A stretch of DNA of 56,039 nt from Chthonomonadaceae bacterium (GTDB lineage Bacteria > Armatimonadota > Chthonomonadetes > Chthonomonadales > Chthonomonadaceae): NCBI GenBank assembly GCA_035650735.1, contig DASRGZ010000193.1:1-56039 (forward strand). The letters are read 5' to 3'. The notes under the pieces were generated by a model, which was given only the letters and a program-made list of their open reading frames with translations, was not told the DNA's origin and did not search any database. The position numbers and the translations under genes are program-made. Shown here piece by piece: positions 46,200 through 55,676 of the stretch; the first letter of the stretch is position 1; every line of letters begins with the position of its first letter.

Positions 46200-46531
46200 T
46201 TTCTCCATGCGGCCCTCACCTCAGAGTACCTCACCCCTTCCCCTCTCCTTATGAAGGAGAGGGGAGAGCAGAAGCCGGGCCGCCCCTTCCCTCGTAGGGT
46301 CGCTAGGTGTCACAAGGCGGAGGGCTGTGGCCAGGTGTGGCTAGGCGGAGGCACGGGCCTCGCAAGGCAGAGGGCCCAACCATGGCAGGCCCGTTCCTTG
46401 CAGCACCTTGCCGACCCGAGCAGGGGCCCAACCATTGTAGGCGCGACCCTGGCAGTCCGTTGTAGGCCCGACCTTAGCAGTGGCGCGAACCGTTGAGCGC
46501 CGACCCCAGCAGTGGGGGACGGGGGGTTAGG
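46200..46531. repeat. Family B composite repeat containing five nested copies of the 47-nt element (46297-46512)
   Basis: Four left halves, one complete copy, four right halves each ending GCAG. Confidence 0.75.
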
Positions 46532-46687
46532 TCCACCGGGAGAAGGAAGTCGCGCCGCGCGGAGCGAATAGAACCGCGATACTGGCGAGCCCGTGGCAGA
46601 AGGCAAACGGTGGGTAGGCGCTCCCTCAAGATACCCCAAGAGGGGATGAGGCCGTACCAGGAGCGGGAAGGAAGGAAAGCTGCGCGT

Positions 46688-47683
46688 ATGGCAGAAAACC
46701 TCGGCAAAGCCTTTGGCGTCGTGCCGTTATTCGATCCGGCGGAAGGCATGGTGGTGCGCCAGCCGCCTGGCGAAGGGCCGGGCTGGTGGGCCGGAGCCCC
46801 ATGCGCCACCTTCGACACCGCCGCCAACACCTTTTACCTGACGTATCGCCAGCGTTACCCGCGTGATGAGGGACGGGGCATAGAGTGCCGCATCGCCTAC
46901 AGCGACAACGGCATCTCCTTTACCGACATCTGGGCGCTGCCCAAAGGGTCGTTGAACGCGCTCTCGGTGGAACGGGCCGCGCTGCTGCGCGGCCTGGATG
47001 GGCGCTGGCGGCTCTATATCGGCTATGTTGGCGCAGACGACCACCTCTGGCGCATCGCCCTGCTTGAAGCCGACGAGCCCGATGCCTTCGATATAGCTAC
47101 GCTGACGCCCCTGCTGACCGCCGCCCAGATCGGCGGAGAGGGAGTCAAGGATCCCAACGTCTTCCTCATCGGGCGCATGTACTATCTACTGGCCAGCTAC
47201 GCCACCGCCGAGCCCAACCTGCCGCCGGAAGCGCAGGCGCGCAAGCACGAGACGGCTGACATCTATAGCACCGGCCTGACTCGCTCACGCACCTGTGCCG
47301 CCATCAGCGGGGATGGCCGCCACTTTCAGTACCTCGGGGATGTCTCGCCTATCTCCCACGCTCCCACTCCGGCCTGGGATGCCTATTGCGCCCGCATCGG
47401 CGCGCTGGCGCCTCTGGAAACGGGAGGCTTCCTCGCCTTCTACGATGGCAGCGCCTCCGTGGCCGAAAACTATGAGGAGAAGACCGGGCTGGCCATCACC
47501 TTCGACCTGCGCACCTACTACTCCCTCTCGCCGCAGGGCCCGGCGCTGGTCTCGCCCTACAGCAGCGGCAGCCTGCGCTACCTGGATATCCTGCCGGTCG
47601 GCCACGAGCTCTTCTACTACTATGAGATGGCCCGCCCGGACGGCGCGCATGAGCTGCGGGTCAGCGTGGTCGAGCGCAGCTAG
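46688..47683 (+). CDS. Putative five-bladed beta-propeller glycosidase-like protein
   Basis: WAGAP; YRQRYP...GRG; KDP; ENYEE.TG; GSLRY; YYE...DGAHELR. Confidence 0.65.
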   Translation: MAENLGKAFGVVPLFDPAEGMVVRQPPGEGPGWWAGAPCATFDTAANTFYLTYRQRYPRDEGRGIECRIAYSDNGISFTDIWALPKGSLNALSVERAALLRGLDGRWRLYIGYVGADDHLWRIALLEADEPDAFDIATLTPLLTAAQIGGEGVKDPNVFLIGRMYYLLASYATAEPNLPPEAQARKHETADIYSTGLTRSRTCAAISGDGRHFQYLGDVSPISHAPTPAWDAYCARIGALAPLETGGFLAFYDGSASVAENYEEKTGLAITFDLRTYYSLSPQGPALVSPYSSGSLRYLDILPVGHELFYYYEMARPDGAHELRVSVVERS

Positions 47684-47689
47684 AGAGGC

Positions 47690-47860
47690 CCCGGCTTCTG
47701 CCCTCCTTTTAACCTAACCCCCCGCCCCCCACTGCAAGGGTCGGCCCTCAACGGTTCGGGCCTCCGCCTCGCGACCCTGGGAGGGAAGGGAGGGACCCAG
47801 CTTCTCCTCTCCCCTCTCCTTCTAAAGGAGAGGGGAAGGGGGTGAGGGCCGCATGGGAAA
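47690..47860. repeat. Inverted copy of the 46200-46531 composite repeat with a single 47-nt element (47732-47777)
   Basis: Reverse complement reads TTTCCCATGCGGCCCTCACC...GGAGAGGGGAGAG.AGAAGC.GGG...CCCTTCCCT...[element]TGGGGG.CGGGGGGTTAGG. Confidence 0.8.
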
Positions 47861-48008
47861 ACGAAAGAGCCCTGCCTGAAAACAGCGCCGGAAAGTACCG
47901 ATAGGGTATACTATGCGGTAGGTTCTATGCGGCGCGCGTTGCCAGCCGCGCAGTCCCAATCAACCGTAGAAAGCCGCGCCCTCGGCAGAGCGCGGTGTAA
48001 GGAGCCTT

Positions 48009-48839
48009 ATGATGTCTGTTCGACCCGTCGCTGCTTCTGGCGCGGCGCTTTCTAATGCAACACGCGGCGGTATTCTCGTTCCGCTTGGCCTATCGGCGCT
48101 GCTGCTTGCCGGAATGCCCTGCGCCTCGCGCGCTGCCGGTAACCAGGCGCAAAGCGTCCTCCAGAAGATGAGCGCGCTCTACCGCACAGCCCGAACCTAT
48201 CAGGGCAGCATGGTCGCCCATCAGACGCTTTCCGGCCAGAACGGCAAAACCCTCAACCTGACCCAGACCCAGCAGATTAAGTTCAAGAGCCCCAACAAGC
48301 TCTATACACAGACGAGCGTTTCGGCCACCGGGGCGCTAGCCGCCCGAGTCCCTAAGGATACCACAATTCGAGTCACCGACGGCAGGACCTTCTGGGCCTA
48401 CAGCAGCGCCAAAAAGCTCTATGTCAAGCAGGCGGTTCCGCCGCAGAGCAAAGGGTTCTCCGTTTATCAAATCTTGCAGCTGCCCGCGCCCGAGGCGGCC
48501 TCGGTCAAATTGCTGCCCTCGTCCTCGGTGCAGGGCCACGCCGCCTATGTCGTCGAAATGATGCCCCATTTGCCGCAGATTCCCAATCTGCGCCCGGAAG
48601 ATCGCGCCAAACTCCTGAAGGCGCGCCAGCCGGCCCGCTTCTACATTGACAGGCAGAATTACCAGTTGCTGAAAGTGACGGTAGGCGGCAAGAACCATGC
48701 GGAGATCGACTTCGGCCCACAGGTCATCAATGGAGCCATTGCCGATAGCGCCTTCACGTTTACGCCTCCCCCCGGAGCCAAACAGTTCACGCCTTCGCCA
48801 GGCGGAGCGCCGGGCACGCCGCGCGGCAGGAAGCGGTAG
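48009..48839 (+). CDS. Exported LolA-like (DUF2092-type) protein
   Basis: Signal peptide; FKSPNK; VTDGRTFWAY; F.FTPPPGAK C-terminus. Confidence 0.75.
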   Translation: MMSVRPVAASGAALSNATRGGILVPLGLSALLLAGMPCASRAAGNQAQSVLQKMSALYRTARTYQGSMVAHQTLSGQNGKTLNLTQTQQIKFKSPNKLYTQTSVSATGALAARVPKDTTIRVTDGRTFWAYSSAKKLYVKQAVPPQSKGFSVYQILQLPAPEAASVKLLPSSSVQGHAAYVVEMMPHLPQIPNLRPEDRAKLLKARQPARFYIDRQNYQLLKVTVGGKNHAEIDFGPQVINGAIADSAFTFTPPPGAKQFTPSPGGAPGTPRGRKR

Positions 48840-48841
48840 GG

Positions 48842-49486
48842 ATGTCGAGCGACTCGCTGCGCCTCTATCTGGTTCGGCATGGCGTGACGGCGTGGAACCG
48901 CCAGATGCGAATGCAGGGGCACACCGATGTTCCGCTGGACGAAGAAGGACTGGAGCAGGCGCGGCGCATCGCCCGGCGATTGGCCTCGGAGGCCCGACCC
49001 CCGCAGGCAGTCTGGTCGAGCGACCTGCTGCGCGCCCGCCAGACTGCCGAGGCTATCGCTGCCCCGCTTGGCCTGACCGTCCAGACCACCCCGCTGCTGC
49101 GGGAGACGATGCTGGGCGAGTGGGAAGGGCTGACTCGCGCCGAGATCGAGGCGCGTGGGGATGGGGAGCACCTCGCCCGCTATATCCTCGACTCGCACAA
49201 GTACCGCCCGCCCGGCGGCGAGACTCTGGAGGCGGCCTGGGAGCGGATGGTGCGCGCGGCGGCAGAGATCCGCGCGCAGCACCCGAGGGGACAGGTCGCG
49301 ATTGTCGGGCACGGCGGCAGCCTGCGCGTGCTGCTCTGCGAGGCGCTGGACGCCCCCATCGCCTCCCTGCGCCGCCTCTGGCTGGATAATGCCTCGCTTA
49401 GCGTCATCGAGCAGTACGGCGACCCCTGCAATCCCATTCGCCGCGTCACGCTCCTCAACGACACCAGCCACCTGCGATGTGAATAG
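48842..49486 (+). CDS. Histidine phosphatase (phosphoglycerate mutase family)
   Basis: LVRHG; SSDLLRARQT; GEWEG; GHGG; NDTSHL. Confidence 0.93.
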   Translation: MSSDSLRLYLVRHGVTAWNRQMRMQGHTDVPLDEEGLEQARRIARRLASEARPPQAVWSSDLLRARQTAEAIAAPLGLTVQTTPLLRETMLGEWEGLTRAEIEARGDGEHLARYILDSHKYRPPGGETLEAAWERMVRAAAEIRAQHPRGQVAIVGHGGSLRVLLCEALDAPIASLRRLWLDNASLSVIEQYGDPCNPIRRVTLLNDTSHLRCE

Positions 49487-49583
49487 GGGAATCCGGAAGC
49501 GATTCCCCTATTCTCCCCGCAAGAACATCTCCGACATGCCGTCGGGGCCGCGTTCTGCGTATACTCCCGCGCGTATCCCCCGT

Positions 49584-50780
49584 TTAATACCAGACCTCGA
49601 CGGTCGTCCCGCCCGCCGGGCAGTCAGGCAGGTTCAGCAGGTTGTCGCCCGGAACCTGGTCTGCCGGTGTTTGCAGGAAATACCAGGGCTGCCCGTGAAC
49701 GAATCCGCCCTGCACGGCAGCAATATCCAGTTGGCTATTGCCGGGGCCGACCACGTAAAAGGACTTCTGACCGGTGCGAATGAGCTCCGCCGCTTCACCG
49801 CGGCTATAGCCCCAGAACGCGCCGTTGTCCGTGCCGCCGATGCCGGAAATCCGTTTCCCCCCCGACATCATGTGCCTCTTGGTCGTGCAGGAGACCTGCA
49901 GCCGGGAAGAGGACGGGGGCGCCGCGCGATCAAACCTGTGGTGGGCATACGCCTCGCCATGCAGGGTGTAGGCCCACTCGGGCATGTTCCACATCTTGGA
50001 GTTGATATCGATTCGGTTGCCCTTGGAAAACCCCGGCGCGCTGTAAAAGGTGTCGGCAAGATCCCCCTGGCTAAACGACTGGAAGAAGACCCCCATCGGC
50101 TTGTCCGCATCAATGGCCGTTCCCAGGAACCCACCCAGGTTCAGGTTTTGAAGGATAGTGACAACCATGTTGCCGGGCGCGGCCACCGTAAACAGATCCT
50201 GGATGGGCTTGAGCCGACGGTTCAGTATTCGCTGGGCCGCCGTGGCGAGGGTGATGATGTTGCCCTGGCTCGCCTGTAGAGCCACCTCCGCCGCGGTGTC
50301 TGCTGCCAGGCCGGCCAGGCCCAGGCTCGCGATAGTGTTGGCTACCGTTGTCTTGACCAGGTTGTTGAGCGACTGGTGGGCGGCCTCGACAGCAGAATCC
50401 GGGGTAAGGTTCTCTTCCATCAGCACGGCACAGCAGAGGATGACACCCGGAATCTGGGTCAGCTGCTGCCCGGCTACCGAGATGGGGATGGGCTTGAGCG
50501 AGGTCTCCCATGTGCCGACGGCGGCAGGAATGTTCCGGGTCTGGCCGCTGCCCATCGAGCCGCCGATGTTGCCGTGGCTGCCCGGAGAGAAGAAATACTT
50601 TGCCTCACCGGCCAGGAAGTTGCCGTCCTGATGCAGACCCTCGCCATCAATCTTGACCATGATGACCCATAGGTACGGCTCGGAATCTTCGTCGAAGACA
50701 TCATCAATGTCGTCGCCCTGAAAGCAGAATACAGAGTTCAGGGCGATGGTTGCGTTGAAGTTGTTGGGTCCGAGTGCCAT
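49584..50780 (-). CDS. Hypothetical protein with C-terminal DUF3892-like domain
   Basis: AAGGAGG SD; C-terminal I.GIGG...W...EA...I..G...FYV...FLQT.AD....DNLL.LP. Confidence 0.75.
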   Translation of the reverse strand: MALGPNNFNATIALNSVFCFQGDDIDDVFDEDSEPYLWVIMVKIDGEGLHQDGNFLAGEAKYFFSPGSHGNIGGSMGSGQTRNIPAAVGTWETSLKPIPISVAGQQLTQIPGVILCCAVLMEENLTPDSAVEAAHQSLNNLVKTTVANTIASLGLAGLAADTAAEVALQASQGNIITLATAAQRILNRRLKPIQDLFTVAAPGNMVVTILQNLNLGGFLGTAIDADKPMGVFFQSFSQGDLADTFYSAPGFSKGNRIDINSKMWNMPEWAYTLHGEAYAHHRFDRAAPPSSSRLQVSCTTKRHMMSGGKRISGIGGTDNGAFWGYSRGEAAELIRTGQKSFYVVGPGNSQLDIAAVQGGFVHGQPWYFLQTPADQVPGDNLLNLPDCPAGGTTVEVWY

Positions 50781-50838
50781 GGCTGCCTCCTTAAGGCCAG
50801 AAGAAACCCAATCGAGCGCCCAGGTATCCGCTTGGCGC

Positions 50839-50867
50839 ATTATAACAGGGCAAGGCTCCCCTGTCAA
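50839..50867 (-). promoter_or_regulatory. Consensus sigma-70 promoter
   Basis: TTGACA-N17-TATAAT ~60 nt upstream of ATG 50780. Confidence 0.8.
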
Positions 50868-51012
50868 ATAGCCCCCTTTTGGAAAGGTTCTGTTGCGCAC
50901 GTCAATAGGTTTACGCTACATTGGAGGGCAGGAGCCATCCTTGGATTTTCCAGTTTTGCACGTTCGCCTGAAGTGAGAGAGTGTAGGACGATGGAAAGGA
51001 CACAGCCAGCAA

Positions 51013-51363
51013 ATGGGACTCTCATTCAAAGAGCAAGCTCCCTTCGCCAGAGTGCGGGAAGAACTGTTCGGGGATGATGAGGGGTTTCGCGCTTTCCAGA
51101 ACGCGCTGATGGCCCATCCTCGGTTCGGAGATGTCATTCAGGGAACCGGCGGCGGAGCGCGCAAAATTCGCTGGAGCGACCCCCAGCGCGGCAAGGGCAA
51201 ACGCAGCGGCATCCACGTCATCTATTACTTACATGAGCCCAGCCGCGAAGTTCTCTTGCTCTTTGCCTACGACAAGAACACCCCCGACCTCACCTCGGAA
51301 GAGAAGAAGGCGATTCGCACGCAAATCGAGGCGTATCGCCAGGAAAAGGAAGCGCAAGCATGA
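51013..51363 (+). CDS. RelE/HigB-2-type toxin
   Basis: GDVIQGTGG.ARKIRW...GKGKRSG..VIYY...LLFAY.KN..DLT..EK. Confidence 0.85.
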   Translation: MGLSFKEQAPFARVREELFGDDEGFRAFQNALMAHPRFGDVIQGTGGGARKIRWSDPQRGKGKRSGIHVIYYLHEPSREVLLLFAYDKNTPDLTSEEKKAIRTQIEAYRQEKEAQA

Positions 51364-51704
51364 TCGAACACAAGCATTCAACGGCCCATTATGTGCTAGA
51401 AAAGGACGAGTTTGTCGAGGGCGAGGAGACCCTCGACTCGACAGAACTGACCCGCAAGGTTGTCGAAGCGTTGCAGGAGGCGACACGGCAGGCGCGGCAG
51501 GAGAAACACAAAGGGCAGCGGCTCGTCTACGACGCGCAAGACGACACCCTGCTCATTCGTCTTGCCGAGGGAGAGACGGTTCGTACTGAGGAAGTGGAAC
51601 CGGGTGTGCTGTTCTATTATGATGCTGTCGGGCGGGTACTCAGCATTGACCTGCTCCACGCCTCCACGCGGATACCCAGGCAAGAGGAGAAGTCAGCGGC
51701 ATGA
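51360..51704 (+). CDS. DUF2283 domain protein
   Basis: YDAQDDTLLIRL...EVEPGV...YD..GRV..ID; ATGA overlap with the toxin. Confidence 0.75.
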   Translation: MIEHKHSTAHYVLEKDEFVEGEETLDSTELTRKVVEALQEATRQARQEKHKGQRLVYDAQDDTLLIRLAEGETVRTEEVEPGVLFYYDAVGRVLSIDLLHASTRIPRQEEKSAA

Positions 51705-51922
51705 AAAGGAATTCGCATAGGAGTCAGACCACACCCGAGCGCCCACCCTTTGCCGAGCGGGTACGAGCCGGTTTACAGGAGGCCCTGGAATGGACCCAGG
51801 GGGCACGCCGCCTGCGTGGTTCCGAGAAGGTAGACGGGGAGTGGGTAGGGGCCGAGGATACCGGAATGGGAGTGCCTCGCTTTGCATCTGGCTCTGAGAA
51901 CCAACCTTCGGGCCATGAATAG
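51701..51922 (+). pseudogene. Probable truncated HigA-type antitoxin (N-terminal helix only, no HTH)
   Basis: F.ERV..GLQEALEW..G...LR resembles the N-terminus of HigA-2-type antitoxins; ATGA overlap. Confidence 0.45.
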
Positions 51923-51953
51923 TCGCCTACGAGACGGGGCATTCATGGCTCGG

Positions 51954-53303
51954 TCATCTGCGATGGAGGGGGCGCGGGGCCGGCTCGTGGGTGACATGGA
52001 ACCCGGCGCACTGGAGGGCGCGCGGCGTGGAGGGATGTGAGGCCAGCAGCCGCCAGATCAGACCGGTCCTGTGGTCTTCGATGGCGATCAGGGCCATGCC
52101 CAGGTCAATACCGATCACGTCCGGGTCCACCCAGTCGCGGTCCAGATTGAAGGCGTTGGCAAAGCCGTACTGCCCCCACAGCTTCTCCCCAAAGCGCGTG
52201 TAGAGGGTCTGAGCAACGGCGGTGGAGAGTTTGGGCGTGAAAATTACGGAGGCGATGGCTCCGGTAGGCGAGACCGTGCCGTCCTCCTCTTCGAGAACGC
52301 CGTAGGCGCGGTAGCCGTCCGGGCCGTCGGAGGCGTTCAATCCCCAGACGTTCGGGCCGTAGGTCTTGCGGGTGCCCGCGCGATCCAGGCAGTACTGCCG
52401 GTTCATTAAGGTCGCCTCGACGGAGCTGACCCAGTAATCCCAGCCCAGGTTGTCGCGCCGGTCTCTGAAATTGTAGTAGCCGTGCGCCATCTGGTGCATG
52501 AAGATCGGCCCGCCGGCCAGCGTAGTACGCCCCCCATAACTCACCACGTTTCGCTCCCAGGCCGTCCAGGACTCCGCCGGCAGCGGGTCGCGCCTGGAGC
52601 CGAGGCCAAGCAGATAGAGGAACATCAGCTCGCAGTAGTGGTCCCAATTATTAGTCAGGAACCCTTTTTCGGGCGTCCAGCCGTGGGAGAGCACGCGCTT
52701 CTGCGGCTGTGCGCCGCCGTTGGTAAGCATCCAGGTCCAGTCCACGCGATCATAGAGGGCGTTGGCCAGCCGCTGAACTTCGGTGCCGGGCCAGTACTGG
52801 CCGCAGGTGAGCGCGCCGATCAGGAGCAGGGCCGTGTCAATGGAGGAGAGCTCGCAGTTCCAGACGCGCTGCCCGGTGCGCCAATCCACGAAATGGAAGA
52901 ACCAGCCGTGGTGATGAGGCATTTTGTCGTGCAGGAACCGGAGCGTCAGGAGGGCGCGGCGGTAGGCGTCCTGGCGCGGTATCCAGCCGTGCTCCACGCC
53001 AATCGGCAGCGCGGCCAGCGCATACCCCGTGCTGGCGATGCTGGCGACGGTATAGGTATCCTTCTGGGTGAAGTTGCGGGCGCGATCTTTGGTCAGGCCC
53101 GTCTTCGGATGGGATTGCTCCCAGAAAAAGCGGACGGCACGGCGCTGGATCTCCGTAAGCAGGCGGGAGCCGTGGAGCGGCGGCAGCCGATGGGACTGCT
53201 GGGAATGGCCGATGGCGCCTGGCAGCATGGCGAGAGAAAGGATCAAGCTGACGAGGGCGGCTCGCCGCCGGGAGAAACGAAATCCTGACGGTCTGGCTGA
53301 CAT
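51954..53303 (-). CDS. Exported glycoamylase/DUF3131-type glycoside hydrolase (GH144-like, possible beta-1,2-glucanase)
   Basis: RFFWE..HP.TGL..DR; SIASTG; SSIDTA; GPIFMHQ; WGL.A.DGP.GY; IGIDLG; N-terminal SRRR plus hydrophobic segment. Confidence 0.8.
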   Translation of the reverse strand: MSARPSGFRFSRRRAALVSLILSLAMLPGAIGHSQQSHRLPPLHGSRLLTEIQRRAVRFFWEQSHPKTGLTKDRARNFTQKDTYTVASIASTGYALAALPIGVEHGWIPRQDAYRRALLTLRFLHDKMPHHHGWFFHFVDWRTGQRVWNCELSSIDTALLLIGALTCGQYWPGTEVQRLANALYDRVDWTWMLTNGGAQPQKRVLSHGWTPEKGFLTNNWDHYCELMFLYLLGLGSRRDPLPAESWTAWERNVVSYGGRTTLAGGPIFMHQMAHGYYNFRDRRDNLGWDYWVSSVEATLMNRQYCLDRAGTRKTYGPNVWGLNASDGPDGYRAYGVLEEEDGTVSPTGAIASVIFTPKLSTAVAQTLYTRFGEKLWGQYGFANAFNLDRDWVDPDVIGIDLGMALIAIEDHRTGLIWRLLASHPSTPRALQCAGFHVTHEPAPRPLHRR

Positions 53304-53314
53304 AGCGGAACTGA

Positions 53315-53357
53315 CTAAAAACAGGGGCCATCCCGGCTTGCCGAACCGGGATAGCCC
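53315..53357 (-). terminator. Terminator-like hairpin between pseudopilin D and the glycosidase
   Basis: GGGCTATCCCGG/CCGGGATGGCCC followed by CTGTTTTT. Confidence 0.65.
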
Positions 53358-53376
53358 ATGTACTTGCTCTGCCGGA

Positions 53377-54186
53377 TTAGGGAACTTTGCCGTTACGCTC
53401 GGCATCCTGGAGCGTCTGGCAGAAGGTGTTGAGCCAGGAGAGATCCATACCCCCGAAATTCATGTTGGCCGGGTCGTAGGCCCACATATTGGTGTGGTCG
53501 GGGTTGCTGGGCGTACAGGTCTGGTCCCAGGAAGTGAACTTCACGTGGCCGTCTATAAAGGCGATGGTGCTGAAGCGGTCGCTGCCTTTATGCTTGGCTC
53601 CAAAGTTGGCGCCGGAGGGTCCCCAGTTGGGATCGAAGGCGATCCAGGGACCGTAGTCCACCCAGATATCCTTGTCCTCGGCCACCAGGAGCGAGTTGGC
53701 GGGATACTCAAAGTTGGCCTCGCGATAGTTGAAGCCGCTCCACCAATCTCCCGATCCTATGGCAGCAGACGACTTAAAGAAGGCATGGTAGAAGAAGTAG
53801 CCGCGATAGGTCTTGGTGATATCCGGGACGTATTTTACCGTGCCGTCGGTCTCATCAAGCACCTGGGAGGCCGGGTTGCTGGGGCAGCGGAAGATCTGGT
53901 AGTTCTTGATGTAGGGCTGGAGCAGATGCTTCCAGGAGGCTTCACAGGCGTTGGGGTCACAGACGCGGCGCAGCGGAAAGTTCTCGTCGTAGTCCTGGCT
54001 ATACATGCGGAAGCCCAGCGAGATCTGGCGCATGTTGGAGGCGCAGGAGGTCTGACGCGCGGCCTCACGGGCCTGGGCAAACACCGGGAACAGAATGGCG
54101 GCCAGGATGGCGATGATGGCTATCACGACGAGCAGCTCGATGAGCGTGAAGCCGGAGCGCGAACGAAGGTTGCGGTTCGGGTGCAT
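53377..54186 (-). CDS. DUF1559 prepilin-type protein (pseudopilin D)
   Basis: GFTLIELL...[42 protein letters not shown]. Confidence 0.92.
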   Translation of the reverse strand: MHPNRNLRSRSGFTLIELLVVIAIIAILAAILFPVFAQAREAARQTSCASNMRQISLGFRMYSQDYDENFPLRRVCDPNACEASWKHLLQPYIKNYQIFRCPSNPASQVLDETDGTVKYVPDITKTYRGYFFYHAFFKSSAAIGSGDWWSGFNYREANFEYPANSLLVAEDKDIWVDYGPWIAFDPNWGPSGANFGAKHKGSDRFSTIAFIDGHVKFTSWDQTCTPSNPDHTNMWAYDPANMNFGGMDLSWLNTFCQTLQDAERNGKVP

Positions 54187-54337
54187 GGGTAGTTCACTCC
54201 TCTGTACGAGAAAAATTACAGACTTTTGTTTGCCTTACGTTTTTTGGTAGCTCTGCTCTAAACCGTGGCTGCCTCTTGCAGGCTCTCTTAAACCACGGCT
54301 GGGTCGGGCGCTATCCATTTTCCTTCACGGGCCGAGA

Positions 54338-54541
54338 TCACCGCGTTCCGGTCGGCGGCGTGAGAGGGGACTGCCCGGGAATGGCGGGGTGCATCGGTTT
54401 GCCGAGCCCGGCTTGCTCGGCGGTAACCGGACCGCCGCCAGCGGGGTTATGCCCGAAGCTCCGCCAGGCCGCGATGCCGATGACAATCACGACGATGGCG
54501 ATAATGACGATAATGACGGGAGTGCTCAATTGCTGTTTCAT
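54338..54541 (-). CDS. Small single-TM protein (67 aa)
   Basis: MKQQLSTPVIIVIIAIVVIVIGIAAW; ATGA overlap with the LacI stop. Confidence 0.75.
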   Translation of the reverse strand: MKQQLSTPVIIVIIAIVVIVIGIAAWRSFGHNPAGGGPVTAEQAGLGKPMHPAIPGQSPLTPPTGTR

Positions 54542-55650
54542 CGCGGTTGGTCTCCATCGTTCCTGCGCTGGCCGTGCGCTCCGCCGGAGCGGAACGTCTC
54601 CATCGTTCCTGCTCCACAGGAGCGGCGCACGACAAGCTCGGGCGCAACACAGACATGGGTCGCCTCCGGGGTCTCGCCCCCTATGCGCTGCGTGAGCAGT
54701 TGCAGCGCCTGCTTTGCCATCGCGTAGATAGGCTGGCGTATGCTGGTCAGGGGTGGGTCGGTATGGTCGCAGAGCGTCGTCGAATCGAAGCCGACCACGG
54801 CCACATCCTCCGGCACGCGTAGCCCCTTCTCCTTAAGCACGCGCATCATTTTAATGGCGACCTCATCGCTCCAGGCGAACACAGCGGTGGGCCGATCTGA
54901 GGATAGGGAATCAAACAACTGCGCCGCGGTGTGAAAATCCGCGCCCGCATAGGTGATCTCGACGATCCACTCCGGCACAAGCGGAATTCCGGCCCGCTCC
55001 AAGGCCATACGATAGCCCAGGCAGCGGTCGCGTGCAGCCCCGGAGTGCGAGGAGCCTGCCAGGTGCACGATGCGCCGGTGGCCCAGAGCGATCAGATGCT
55101 CCATCGCCAGGAGCGCGCCGCGCACGTTGTCGCAATCCACAAACCACTGTTGCGGGTCGCTGCTGGTGGTGAACATCAGGACCGTTGGGAAGCCGCGCTG
55201 GAGCAAGCGGGCGGCCAGTGGATCGTCCACATCCCGTAGGAGGAGCGCGCCGTCCACACGCCCATCGGTCAAGGTGGCCACTTCCGCCGCGAGCAGGTCC
55301 GTTTCGTCAGCCTGGAGGCCGGTTCCCGGCCGCCGCGTATGGAGCAGCACATCGTAGCCCAGTTCCACGGCGGCGTCGGTGATGCCGTGCATCATCTCAT
55401 TCGTGAAGCCGGACGCGCCGGAGAATACGGACGGATATTGCATCACGACGGCGACGGTATCCGTGCGTCTGTGCGCCAGGCTGCGGGCCAGGGCATTGGG
55501 ATGATAGCCAAGCGCGCTGACCGCCTCCAGGATACGCCGCTTTGTTTCCTCCGGGATGCGCATGGAGGCGTCGCGTCCGTTGAGGACGTAGGAGACGGTG
55601 GCTTTGGAGACACCGGCGCGTTTGGCGACATCACGGATGGTGGCTGCCAT
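54538..55650 (-). CDS. LacI/GalR family transcriptional regulator
   Basis: TIRDVAKRAGVSKATVS; YHPNALARSL; VPEDVAVVGFD; PPLTSIRQP. Confidence 0.96.
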   Translation of the reverse strand: MAATIRDVAKRAGVSKATVSYVLNGRDASMRIPEETKRRILEAVSALGYHPNALARSLAHRRTDTVAVVMQYPSVFSGASGFTNEMMHGITDAAVELGYDVLLHTRRPGTGLQADETDLLAAEVATLTDGRVDGALLLRDVDDPLAARLLQRGFPTVLMFTTSSDPQQWFVDCDNVRGALLAMEHLIALGHRRIVHLAGSSHSGAARDRCLGYRMALERAGIPLVPEWIVEITYAGADFHTAAQLFDSLSSDRPTAVFAWSDEVAIKMMRVLKEKGLRVPEDVAVVGFDSTTLCDHTDPPLTSIRQPIYAMAKQALQLLTQRIGGETPEATHVCVAPELVVRRSCGAGTMETFRSGGAHGQRRNDGDQPR

Positions 55651-55676
55651 GGGAAATAAGACTTTCTCTGTGTCTG

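Noticed and set aside
46297..46512. Possible CRISPR array or tandem repeat
   Set aside because: No constant repeat with unique spacers and no cas genes; the pattern is nested halves.
46493..46687. N-terminal extension of the beta-propeller ORF
   Set aside because: Begins within repeat DNA; ATG 46688 after a purine-rich SD is more plausible.
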